Source: Thermodesulfobacteriota bacterium (GTDB taxonomy: Bacteria; Desulfobacterota_D; UBA1144; Nemesobacterales; Mycalebacteriaceae). From it: a stretch of DNA of 64,000 nt. The notes below the pieces were generated by a model. The model saw nothing but the letters and a program-made list of their open reading frames with translations. It did no database searches and was not told the DNA's origin. Each line of letters opens with the position of its first letter. Within the stretch, counting starts at the first letter, position 1. Below are positions 46,272-54,430 of the stretch, piece after piece. The DNA is taken from positions 224,001 to 288,000 of the forward strand of contig OZ245366.1 in assembly GCA_965226585.1 (NCBI GenBank), given 5' to 3'. The position numbers and the translations under genes were made by a program.

Positions 46272-47648
46272 CTACACCCTCAACATGTCTTCAATCTCTT
46301 TTATAGCCGTTATAGTGGTTTCCTCTCCCGCCTCAACTTCTTTTCCTATCTTTGAGACGGCGTGCATAACTGTTGAGTGGTCTCTGTTTCCAAATTCCTC
46401 CCCGATTGAGGCGTAAGGCATTTCCACCATGTGTTTTTTGATAAGGAACATTGCTATCTGTCTGGGAAAAGCGATACTTCTGCTTCTCTCCGGGGACTCA
46501 ATCTGCCCCGGTTTGAGACTGAAAAACTCCTCAACTGTTCCCTTTATAAATTTTGTGTTCATACCGTTTGGAACTGCCAATATAGACGATCTGCGGTCAA
46601 CCTCTCCGCCGCTGAAAAGTTCGTTTGCGGTTGTTATGTCTATAGGTTTATTTTCCGCCTCTGAAAACACCACAAGTTTCGTCAGAGCCCCTTCAAGTTC
46701 TCTCACGTTGTTCTTCACTTTAGATGAGATCATCTCCACAACCCCGGAAGGTATTTGAACGTTCCTCTCTTCGGCTTTCTTCCTTATGATTGCCACACGA
46801 GTGTCTATGTCCGGCGGGCGGATGTCCACAACAATTCCCCACATAAATCTTGATGTGATTCTCTCCTCAAGGTTCTCCATCTCGGTGGGCACTTTGTCGC
46901 TTGTGAGAACTATCTGTTTTCCCGCTTCATGAAGTGTGTTGAATGTGTGGAAAAACTCATCAAGAGTGCTTTTCCTTCCTTCAAGAAACTGAACGTCATC
47001 CACCATCAGCAGGTCGCACTGCTTTCTCAGTTTCTGCCTCAAAAAGTTAGTGTTTCTCTTTGAAATATGGTCAACAACTATGTTTGTGAACTCCTCGGAT
47101 GAGAGACAGCAAATATTCATCTTCGGGTTTCTCTTTGCGAACTCATTGCCTATGGCGTTCATCAGGTGAGTTTTCCCCAGCCCGGACGGCCCCCTTATGA
47201 AGAGAGGGTTGTTTTCACCTCCGGGACTTCTTACCGATCCGAGGGCGGCGGCGTTGGCAAAATTGTTGCTCTCTCCCACAACAAAGTTTTCAAATGTGTA
47301 TTTTGAGTTGAGGTGGCCGAGAAAAACCTCCCGCCTTTCGTTTTTCTCTGAAGATGTGAAGTAGTATTCCCCGTTGCCGCCGCTGGGGTTTATGACTTCA
47401 ACATGGTTTATGCCGTGAAAGTTTTTGAAGTACTCTCTGGTTTCCCCCAGAGAGTTGCCGAGGTTGTTCATGAGATACCGGAATCCTATTTCGTCCGGAG
47501 GGACTACCTCAAGAAAGCTGTTTTTCTCATCAAGTTTTGAAATCTGCGACTTTGAAAGAAGTTCCACTATTTCAGGGTCAACTTTGTCGCTTGCTTCAAG
47601 ATGCCCGATGAAAGCCTGCCAAATCTGACGGTTCTTTTCCTTCTGCAT
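46272..47648 (-). CDS. dnaA: Chromosomal replication initiator DnaA
   Basis: YTFENFV.G, NPLFI.G.SGLGKTHL, DDVQFL, EFFHTFN and RDHSTV.HA. Confidence 0.97.
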   Translation of the reverse strand: MQKEKNRQIWQAFIGHLEASDKVDPEIVELLSKSQISKLDEKNSFLEVVPPDEIGFRYLMNNLGNSLGETREYFKNFHGINHVEVINPSGGNGEYYFTSSEKNERREVFLGHLNSKYTFENFVVGESNNFANAAALGSVRSPGGENNPLFIRGPSGLGKTHLMNAIGNEFAKRNPKMNICCLSSEEFTNIVVDHISKRNTNFLRQKLRKQCDLLMVDDVQFLEGRKSTLDEFFHTFNTLHEAGKQIVLTSDKVPTEMENLEERITSRFMWGIVVDIRPPDIDTRVAIIRKKAEERNVQIPSGVVEMISSKVKNNVRELEGALTKLVVFSEAENKPIDITTANELFSGGEVDRRSSILAVPNGMNTKFIKGTVEEFFSLKPGQIESPERSRSIAFPRQIAMFLIKKHMVEMPYASIGEEFGNRDHSTVMHAVSKIGKEVEAGEETTITAIKEIEDMLRV

Positions 47649-47806
47649 AGCAAAAATTAACAGAGGAAAATGGCGAAAAACCGCCGCCACAGCGGAAAAG
47701 CCTGTTCTTCCTCACCCCTATCACCTTGGACTGATTTTGAACAGGAAACTCCGCAGTGTCAAATCAAGTTCTTAAACTGTTTGCCCTTTTGTGTAGAATA
47801 TGCCGC

Positions 47807-49336
47807 ATGACTTCCAACATCCTGAGTTGCGCCGTTCTTGGGGTTGACGGCTACATTGTTGAGGTTGAAGTGGACATGAGCGCCGGGCTTCCAAACTTCA
47901 CCACTGTGGGGCTTCCCGAGGGGGCGGTGAGGGAAAGCAAGGAAAGGGTTAGGTCTGCCATCAAGAACAGCGGATTCAAGATTCCCCCCAGAAGAATTAC
48001 GGTCAACCTCGCGCCCGCAAATATCAGAAAGGAGGGCTCATCTTTCGACCTTCCCATATCTGTCGGCATGCTTGCCGCTTCGGGGCGCATCAACTCTCGC
48101 GCGGCGGAAGGCTTTTTAATTATGGGCGAACTCTCACTTGATGGCAGGGTGAAGAAGATAGGCGGCGTTCTCCCGATGGCGTTGTGCGCCCGGCAGAAGG
48201 GGCTCAAAGGGGTTGTCGTTCCCAGAGAGAACGCGGGCGAGGCGGCTCTTGTTTCGGGAATAAAGGTTCTCGCCGCAGACAATCTCGCCTCTCTTGTTGA
48301 GCATATGGAGGGGAAAAAACAGATAGAGCCTGAGGTGTTTGATAAAAAATGTTTCGGCGGAGATGACGAGAATTACGAGTTTGATTTCAGCGAAGTGAAG
48401 GGTCAGCATCACGCGAAACGCGCCATGGAAATTGCGGCAAGCGGCGGGCACAACATACTTATGGTCGGTCCGCCGGGTTCGGGAAAAACGCTTCTCGCGA
48501 GAAGAATGCCCACCATTTTGCCCGATATGTGTTTTGAAGAGGCGCTTGAAACCTCAAAGATATATTCGGTTAGCGGCTTTCTTAAAGAGGGGCGAAACTT
48601 TATCTCCGAGCGTCCTTTCCGGTCTCCCCATCACACGGTGAGTGACGCCGGTCTTATAGGCGGCGGCTCCCTTCCCCGCCCGGGCGAGGTCAGCCTTGCG
48701 CACAACGGCGTGCTTTTTCTGGACGAGATGCCGGAGTTCAAAAGAACGGTGATTGAAGCCATGCGTCAGCCGCTTGAAGATGGCGAGGTTGTCATCTCCA
48801 GAGCCGCCACCACCCTCACGTATCCGGCAAAGTTTATGCTTGTGGGAGCGATGAACCCATGCCATTGCGGTCATCTGGGAGATTCCACAAAGCCGTGCGT
48901 GTGCCGCCCGGATCAGATAAGAAAATACCGCAGCAGGGTGTCGGGTCCCGTTCTGGACAGGTTTGATATGAACATAGAAGTGCCGTCACTCAACTACGGC
49001 GAACTGTCAGACGAAACAGTCAGCGAGAGTTCTTCAGAGATAAAGGCAAGGGTGAACGCGGCGAGGGAGATACAGAACGAGCGTTTCAAAGACAAGGGTT
49101 TTTTCTCAAACTCCCGGATGGCTCCCGAGATGATAAAAAAAGCCGCTCCGCTCTGCGATTCGTCAAAGAAGATACTTGAAAAAGCGGTGGAAAAACTGGG
49201 GCTTTCCGCAAGGGCGTATGACAGAATAATCAAGGTTTCCCGAACCATAGCAGACCTCGCGGCAAGCGAGAACATACAGCCCGAACACGTAGCCGAAGCG
49301 GTTCAGTACCGGCGGCTTGACAGGTATTTTCAGTGA
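47807..49336 (+). CDS. comM: YifB/ComM Mg-chelatase-like AAA ATPase
   Basis: VGLP...V.ES..RV, GPPGSGKT, PFRSPHH and PGEVSLAHNGVLFLDE. Confidence 0.92.
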   Translation: MTSNILSCAVLGVDGYIVEVEVDMSAGLPNFTTVGLPEGAVRESKERVRSAIKNSGFKIPPRRITVNLAPANIRKEGSSFDLPISVGMLAASGRINSRAAEGFLIMGELSLDGRVKKIGGVLPMALCARQKGLKGVVVPRENAGEAALVSGIKVLAADNLASLVEHMEGKKQIEPEVFDKKCFGGDDENYEFDFSEVKGQHHAKRAMEIAASGGHNILMVGPPGSGKTLLARRMPTILPDMCFEEALETSKIYSVSGFLKEGRNFISERPFRSPHHTVSDAGLIGGGSLPRPGEVSLAHNGVLFLDEMPEFKRTVIEAMRQPLEDGEVVISRAATTLTYPAKFMLVGAMNPCHCGHLGDSTKPCVCRPDQIRKYRSRVSGPVLDRFDMNIEVPSLNYGELSDETVSESSSEIKARVNAAREIQNERFKDKGFFSNSRMAPEMIKKAAPLCDSSKKILEKAVEKLGLSARAYDRIIKVSRTIADLAASENIQPEHVAEAVQYRRLDRYFQ

Positions 49337-49344
49337 GGAGCCGC

Positions 49345-49881
49345 ATGCGAAAAAACGCAACCACCAAAAACCTTCTACTATTTATACTTCCAGCTTTCTT
49401 AGCCTTGTCTTTTCTGTCTTTGCCTCTGTCTGCGGATTGGGGCGAAGAGAAAAAAGAGAAAGCTTTTTGTTATTTTACCAACCAAGATAAAGGACAGAAT
49501 GAGTTCTACAATGACTTTGGAGCTTATTTTGAGCTGGATGGCATAATCGCTCTTAAGGAACCTGACAGCATGAAAAGGCTTAAAAAATATGTTCCTGAAC
49601 TTGTAAAGCCTAATTGCCTTATTGGATTCAATGAGAATTACGGTTACAACTTGCTTCACTCAGCTTATAGATCTAAACACTATGAGGCTTGGAAATATTT
49701 AATGAGTATTCCAAAAAACCACCCGAAATATAAGCTTGAAGATATAGGGATCAACATTTGTTCAGGTCGAGGGACTCTCCTTTATCAAGCTTATGAAGAT
49801 GAAGAGAAATATTTTATCGGAAGCTTAAACGCTTTAAGAGCTAAAAAGAAAAGCCCTGAAGAGTGCGATGAGGAGAAATAA
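49345..49881 (+). CDS. Hypothetical secreted protein with degenerate ankyrin-like repeats
   Basis: Signal peptide, GYNLLHSAY.....EAWKYL and IN.....GTLLYQA. AT-rich. Confidence 0.55.
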   Translation: MRKNATTKNLLLFILPAFLALSFLSLPLSADWGEEKKEKAFCYFTNQDKGQNEFYNDFGAYFELDGIIALKEPDSMKRLKKYVPELVKPNCLIGFNENYGYNLLHSAYRSKHYEAWKYLMSIPKNHPKYKLEDIGINICSGRGTLLYQAYEDEEKYFIGSLNALRAKKKSPEECDEEK

Positions 49882-49974
49882 AAGTAGACTGTTTACCAAA
49901 CTAAAAGGGCTAATCTTCCGACACTCCCCCGTTGACAAAACCCCGTTCGCAATAGACAATTTTTCCTCTTTAAG

Positions 49975-51021
49975 ATGACCGAAGATACCGACTCCACAGA
50001 CCATACAGACATCACGCGCGACCAGCCGGCGGATGAGGACTTTGTTGTCCGCGCCGCGCTTGACGCTTTCGCGGGAGATACCCCCGGCGTTGTTGCGGGT
50101 CCGGGAGACGATGCGGCGGTGCTTGATTTCGGCGCGCCGGAGCTGATTGTTGAAAGTTGCGACTGCTCGGTTGAAGGCGTCCATTTCAGAAACAAGTGGC
50201 TTTCCCTCAGCGTATTCGGGGCGCGCGCGGTCGGGCGAAGAGCCGTTCTCTGTTCGGCAAGCGACATGGCGGCGATGGGCGCGGCCGCCAAAACCGTTCT
50301 TGTGAGTCTGGGGCTTCCACCCGAAACCGGGCGCAACACGGTTGAGGAAATATTTTCAGGCATCTCAGAAGCGTGCTCTCTTATCGGGGCGGCCGTATCG
50401 GGAGGCAACACATCATCATCTCCGGTCATGTTTGTTGACATCAAAATTACAGGCGAAACGCGGGGGCGCGGGTTTGTGCGCAACAGCGGGGCGCGCCCGG
50501 GCGATGTGATTTTTGTTACGGGAAAAATAGGCGCGGCGGATGAGGCAATGAGAACGCTTGACGAACTTACCGAAAACCCCGAACTCAAATCCCGCAAATC
50601 TGACGATATTGAAGCCGCCGTCCGCAGGTTCTGTTTTCCCTCTCCCCGCATCTCTTTCGGTCTTTCCCTGTGCGGTGTCGCAACCGCGATGACAGACGTG
50701 AGCGACGGCCTTCTGCTTGACGCGGGACGCATCGCGTCTCTCTCCTCTGCGGGCGCGGAAATATTTCTTGACAAGGTTCCCGTCCCCTCAGGCGTCAATC
50801 CGAGGGACGCGATTGTATCAGGCGGCGACTACGAACTTGTGTTCACAGTTCCGCAGCAAAGCGCAAAAGAAGTGATGAAAATTTCCGCCCTCACGGGAGT
50901 TGAGGCAACGGACATAGGGAGGATTACGGACGGAAAAGAGACGGTTGTTTCAAGCCCCGCCGGAGTGGAGGCGGCATCAGATTTCCGCAAGCGCGGCTAC
51001 GTTCACAACACAGGGATATGA
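49975..51021 (+). CDS. thiL: Thiamine-monophosphate kinase
   Basis: GDDAA, EGVHF, SDMAAMGA, DVSDGL and GGDYEL.FT. Confidence 0.93.
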   Translation: MTEDTDSTDHTDITRDQPADEDFVVRAALDAFAGDTPGVVAGPGDDAAVLDFGAPELIVESCDCSVEGVHFRNKWLSLSVFGARAVGRRAVLCSASDMAAMGAAAKTVLVSLGLPPETGRNTVEEIFSGISEACSLIGAAVSGGNTSSSPVMFVDIKITGETRGRGFVRNSGARPGDVIFVTGKIGAADEAMRTLDELTENPELKSRKSDDIEAAVRRFCFPSPRISFGLSLCGVATAMTDVSDGLLLDAGRIASLSSAGAEIFLDKVPVPSGVNPRDAIVSGGDYELVFTVPQQSAKEVMKISALTGVEATDIGRITDGKETVVSSPAGVEAASDFRKRGYVHNTGI

Positions 51022-52361
51022 GCGAAGTTACTGCAGGCCTTATAAGTTCGTTTATTCTTCTTGCGGCGTCCGCTTTTTTCTGCTTCGCCGAAGGCGCGCT
51101 TTTCTCGCTCGGACGCCATCAGAGAGAAAGCATAAGGAGCGAGGGAGGCAGAAAGGCGGAGATAATAGAGGGTCTTCTCAAAAAACCCGGCGAACTTATC
51201 GTTACGGTTCTCTTTGCGGACGAGGCAGTCAACATCGGGTATTCCGCCGCCGTTGCCATGGTGCTTGCGAGTTTGATGAGCTCCTACTCTTCCGAAACGG
51301 TAACTGCGGTTTCCATCGCGGTCGCCTCGCCCGCGCTTCTGGTTTTCGGTGAAACGGTTCCCAAAACAGTCGCCGTGCGTTTTCCCTCTGCGGTCGCAAA
51401 AGCGGTTGCCTCGCCGCTTAACTTTTTTCACTGGCTCGTAACTCCCCTGCGCCGTCTGATAATAGAGTTCTCAAACCTGTTCGTGCCTCTCAAAGCCGCA
51501 GACGAAGACCCCACCGCCGGGCTCGCGCAGGACTTCAGCGAGGAAGACATAGAAGCCCTTGTGCTGATGGGCAGAGAGGAAGGCGTTGTGAACGATGTTG
51601 AAAGCCGCCTCGCAGACCGGCTTTTCCGCCTGCGCGACACTTCCGCGCGAAGCATAATGAAGCCTGAAATAGACTGCATGACCCTTTCGGATTCCCTTTC
51701 TCCGGGGCGAATGGTGTACGAAATAGAGAGAACGGGGTACTCGCGAATTCCCGTCTATTCGGGCGACCGCAACGACATCAGGGGCATTGTGTACAGCAAA
51801 GACTTTCTGCTGAACCCTCCGCTTGAAGACGCCGCGCTTGAAGACTACCTGCACACCCCGTATTTCATTCCCGGAAGCAAAGACGCTTTCGACCTTCTCA
51901 AAGAGTTCCGCCGCCGCCGGATTCACATGGCGCTTGTGGTGGACGAATACGGAAGGTTTGACGGGCTTGTAACGCTTGAAGACATCCTTGAGGAGATAGT
52001 GGGCGAGATAGAGGACGAGCGGAGCATCTCCAGAAAAGACCAGTCCGTGCGGTGGGAGGGCAATGTGCTGACCGCCCCCGGCGGCTACAAAGTGGACGAT
52101 TTTAACGATGAGATGCTTTTCCCGCTCATAAAGTTTGTGGGAATTGAAGACTTTTCAGACGCCCTTGTCGCGTCCGCCATTCCTCCCCGCGAAGACGGCG
52201 GGCAGACGCTCGCGGGCTTTGTTTTTGACAAGTTCGGCTCTCTGCCCTCAGAGGGGCAGAGCATATCGCACGGAAGCCTTGTGTTCACCGTGAAGAAAAA
52301 ATCGGGCAAGAGAATAAGCGAAATAACGGTTCAAGCCCGTAAAGAGGAAAACGGCGAATGA
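51018..52361 (+). CDS. CNNM/CBS/CorC hemolysin-family membrane protein
   Basis: SAFF..AE.A, FGE.VPK, YSRIPV and VDEYG...GLVTLEDILEEIVGEI. Confidence 0.9.
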   Translation: MSEVTAGLISSFILLAASAFFCFAEGALFSLGRHQRESIRSEGGRKAEIIEGLLKKPGELIVTVLFADEAVNIGYSAAVAMVLASLMSSYSSETVTAVSIAVASPALLVFGETVPKTVAVRFPSAVAKAVASPLNFFHWLVTPLRRLIIEFSNLFVPLKAADEDPTAGLAQDFSEEDIEALVLMGREEGVVNDVESRLADRLFRLRDTSARSIMKPEIDCMTLSDSLSPGRMVYEIERTGYSRIPVYSGDRNDIRGIVYSKDFLLNPPLEDAALEDYLHTPYFIPGSKDAFDLLKEFRRRRIHMALVVDEYGRFDGLVTLEDILEEIVGEIEDERSISRKDQSVRWEGNVLTAPGGYKVDDFNDEMLFPLIKFVGIEDFSDALVASAIPPREDGGQTLAGFVFDKFGSLPSEGQSISHGSLVFTVKKKSGKRISEITVQARKEENGE

Positions 52362-53584
52362 CTCTGGAAGCCACAATAGCGGTTGTCGTTTTCTGCATCG
52401 CTCTGCAGGCGTTTTTTGCCGGCTCGGAAATAGCCCTTATCTCGTGCGACAAGATACGGATGAAAAACCTCGCGGCTGGAGGCTCTCGCCCGGCGCGGCT
52501 TGTGCTGAAGTCTCACTCAGACATAGAGAGATTTCTCACAACAACGCTTGCCGGAATCAACATCTCCCTCATAACAAGCACGATACTGCTGACCTTCTAC
52601 ATAGAGGAAAATTATGGCGGCGGCGAACTCTATTCCGTCCTGATACTGTCTCCGCTTGTGGTTGTGTTCGGGCAGGTGGTGCCCAAATCCGTATTCCGCA
52701 GAAAAAGCGACACCGCCGTGCTGTGGGTTATCTATCCGCTGTGGGCGGCGTCAAAAATATTCCTTCCGCTCACCTGGGTTGTGAGCATCTTCACCCGCTT
52801 CGCCCTTCGCCACGCCGGTCCGCTCACCTCGGTTACAAGGGGGCAGATTATGGACGCCATAAGGGCGCACGATGACGACAGCGCGGATTCGGAAAAAAGA
52901 CGGATGCTCGGAAGGGTTTTTTCCTTCTCGGAAGTTACCGTGGGAGACATTATGGTTCCGCTCTCATCAGTTAAGGCGCTTGATGAAGAGGCAACCGTGT
53001 CTGAGGCGACCGAACTTGTGAGAGTTTCCGGATACACGAGAATACCGGTCTACAAAGAACGGCTTGACAGAATAACCGGCGTTCTGCACTCCTTCTTTCT
53101 TCTCGGCGGCTCGGCGGGCGGACCCGACGCTCCCGCCGGCAATTACTCTTCGCCCGCGCTGTATGTTACGGAGAAAAAACACGCGAACGAACTGCTTGAA
53201 GAGATGAAAGCGGGCGGCAACACAATGGCGGTTGTGGTTGACGAATACGGAGTTGCGGCGGGAATCGTAACGCTTGAAGACATCCTTGAAGAGATAGTGG
53301 GCGAGATAGAGGACGAGCACGACAGGGGCGAAAACCTCTGGCTTAAAACCGGCGCGGGAGAGTATCTGGTTTTTCCGCACATAAGCGTTGAGCGCGCAAA
53401 CGAGGATCTGGCAATCTCCATACCCGAAAACAAAAGTTACGAAACGCTCGGCGGTTTCCTGCTTTCACGCTTCAGGCGGATACCGTCTGAGGGTGAAACC
53501 CTTGAGGCGTGCGGGGCGATTTTTACCGTTGAGTCCGCCACGCCGCGGGCTATCAAAAGAGTAAGAGTTGTGTCCACCGGTTGA
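52358..53584 (+). CDS. CNNM/CBS/CorC hemolysin-family membrane protein (second paralog)
   Basis: AFF..SEIA, YTRIPV, VDEYG...GIVTLEDILEEIVGEI and YETLGG. Confidence 0.9.
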   Translation: MTLEATIAVVVFCIALQAFFAGSEIALISCDKIRMKNLAAGGSRPARLVLKSHSDIERFLTTTLAGINISLITSTILLTFYIEENYGGGELYSVLILSPLVVVFGQVVPKSVFRRKSDTAVLWVIYPLWAASKIFLPLTWVVSIFTRFALRHAGPLTSVTRGQIMDAIRAHDDDSADSEKRRMLGRVFSFSEVTVGDIMVPLSSVKALDEEATVSEATELVRVSGYTRIPVYKERLDRITGVLHSFFLLGGSAGGPDAPAGNYSSPALYVTEKKHANELLEEMKAGGNTMAVVVDEYGVAAGIVTLEDILEEIVGEIEDEHDRGENLWLKTGAGEYLVFPHISVERANEDLAISIPENKSYETLGGFLLSRFRRIPSEGETLEACGAIFTVESATPRAIKRVRVVSTG

Positions 53585-53624
53585 TATTGGCGGTTTTCCG
53601 TATAATAATTTGCTTGCTTCAAAC

Positions 53625-53698
53625 GGGGATGTAGCTCAGTCTGGGAGAGCGCTGCCTTCGCAAGGCAGAGGTCGGGGGTTCGATTCCCCTCATCTCCA
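53625..53698 (+). tRNA. tRNA-Ala(CGC); CCA not encoded
   Basis: GGGGATG...CTGCC-TTCGCAA-GGCAG...GGTTCGATTCC...CATCTCCA, with the G3-U70 pair. Confidence 0.95.
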
Positions 53699-53776
53699 CA
53701 ACCGGACGCAAAGGTTTGGATTTTGCCGCAGGGGCGGATAGAATTGCCTTTCCATGCGGACAAGGCGGACTTTTTA

Positions 53777-54397
53777 ATGAGAATTTTCCTGTTTTCGGCA
53801 GCCGTTTTTCTTCTGAAAGTTTCAGATGCTTCAGCCCATCACCCGTGGGACGGGCAGACGCTCACACTCTGGTATCAGGGTCTTGTTTCCGGGCTGGGTC
53901 ATCCAGTTCTCGGCGCAGACCATCTCGCTTTTCTCATCGCGCTGTCGGTTATCTGCGCGGTTTGCCTGAAAAACAGAAAATCCCTTCTGGCTTTTATTCC
54001 CTCAACTGCCGCGGGTGTCGGCATCCATCTGTTTCTTGCCTCGCGCCCTTTTGAGATTCCCTTTTATGAAACAGCCGTCAGCGCGTCCGTTATTGCCGCC
54101 GGGGTTTTCATTCTGCGGTCGCCGTCTGTGCGTCCGGCGGTTCTTTTCTCATCTCTTGCCGGTCTGTTTCACGGCTACGCCTACGGCTCAGCGATAGTGG
54201 GCGCGGAAACCTCTCCGCTTGTTTTCTACGTCATCGGGCTTGCCGCCGTTCAAGCGGCTCTTGTGATCGCGCTGTCGTTTGCCGCTCTCAAGTTGCTGTC
54301 TGTTTCCTCTTTTTCCCGCGCCGGTTTTTCAAAAACCGCGGGGCTTGCTCTCATAGCCTGCGGCGCCGCGCTCGTTGCCTCATCCGCCGCCTTTTGA
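53777..54397 (+). CDS. HupE/UreJ family Ni/Co transporter
   Basis: A.AHH, SGLGHP..G.DH and GLFHGYAYG. Confidence 0.9.
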   Translation: MRIFLFSAAVFLLKVSDASAHHPWDGQTLTLWYQGLVSGLGHPVLGADHLAFLIALSVICAVCLKNRKSLLAFIPSTAAGVGIHLFLASRPFEIPFYETAVSASVIAAGVFILRSPSVRPAVLFSSLAGLFHGYAYGSAIVGAETSPLVFYVIGLAAVQAALVIALSFAALKLLSVSSFSRAGFSKTAGLALIACGAALVASSAAF

Positions 54398-54430
54398 TAC
54401 GGCGCGGCGGTTGCAATATAATCTCTTGCC

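Noticed and set aside
34753..53698. tRNA genes as prophage or island integration sites
   Set aside because: No integrase or duplicated tRNA 3' end was seen, and the flanking genes are housekeeping.
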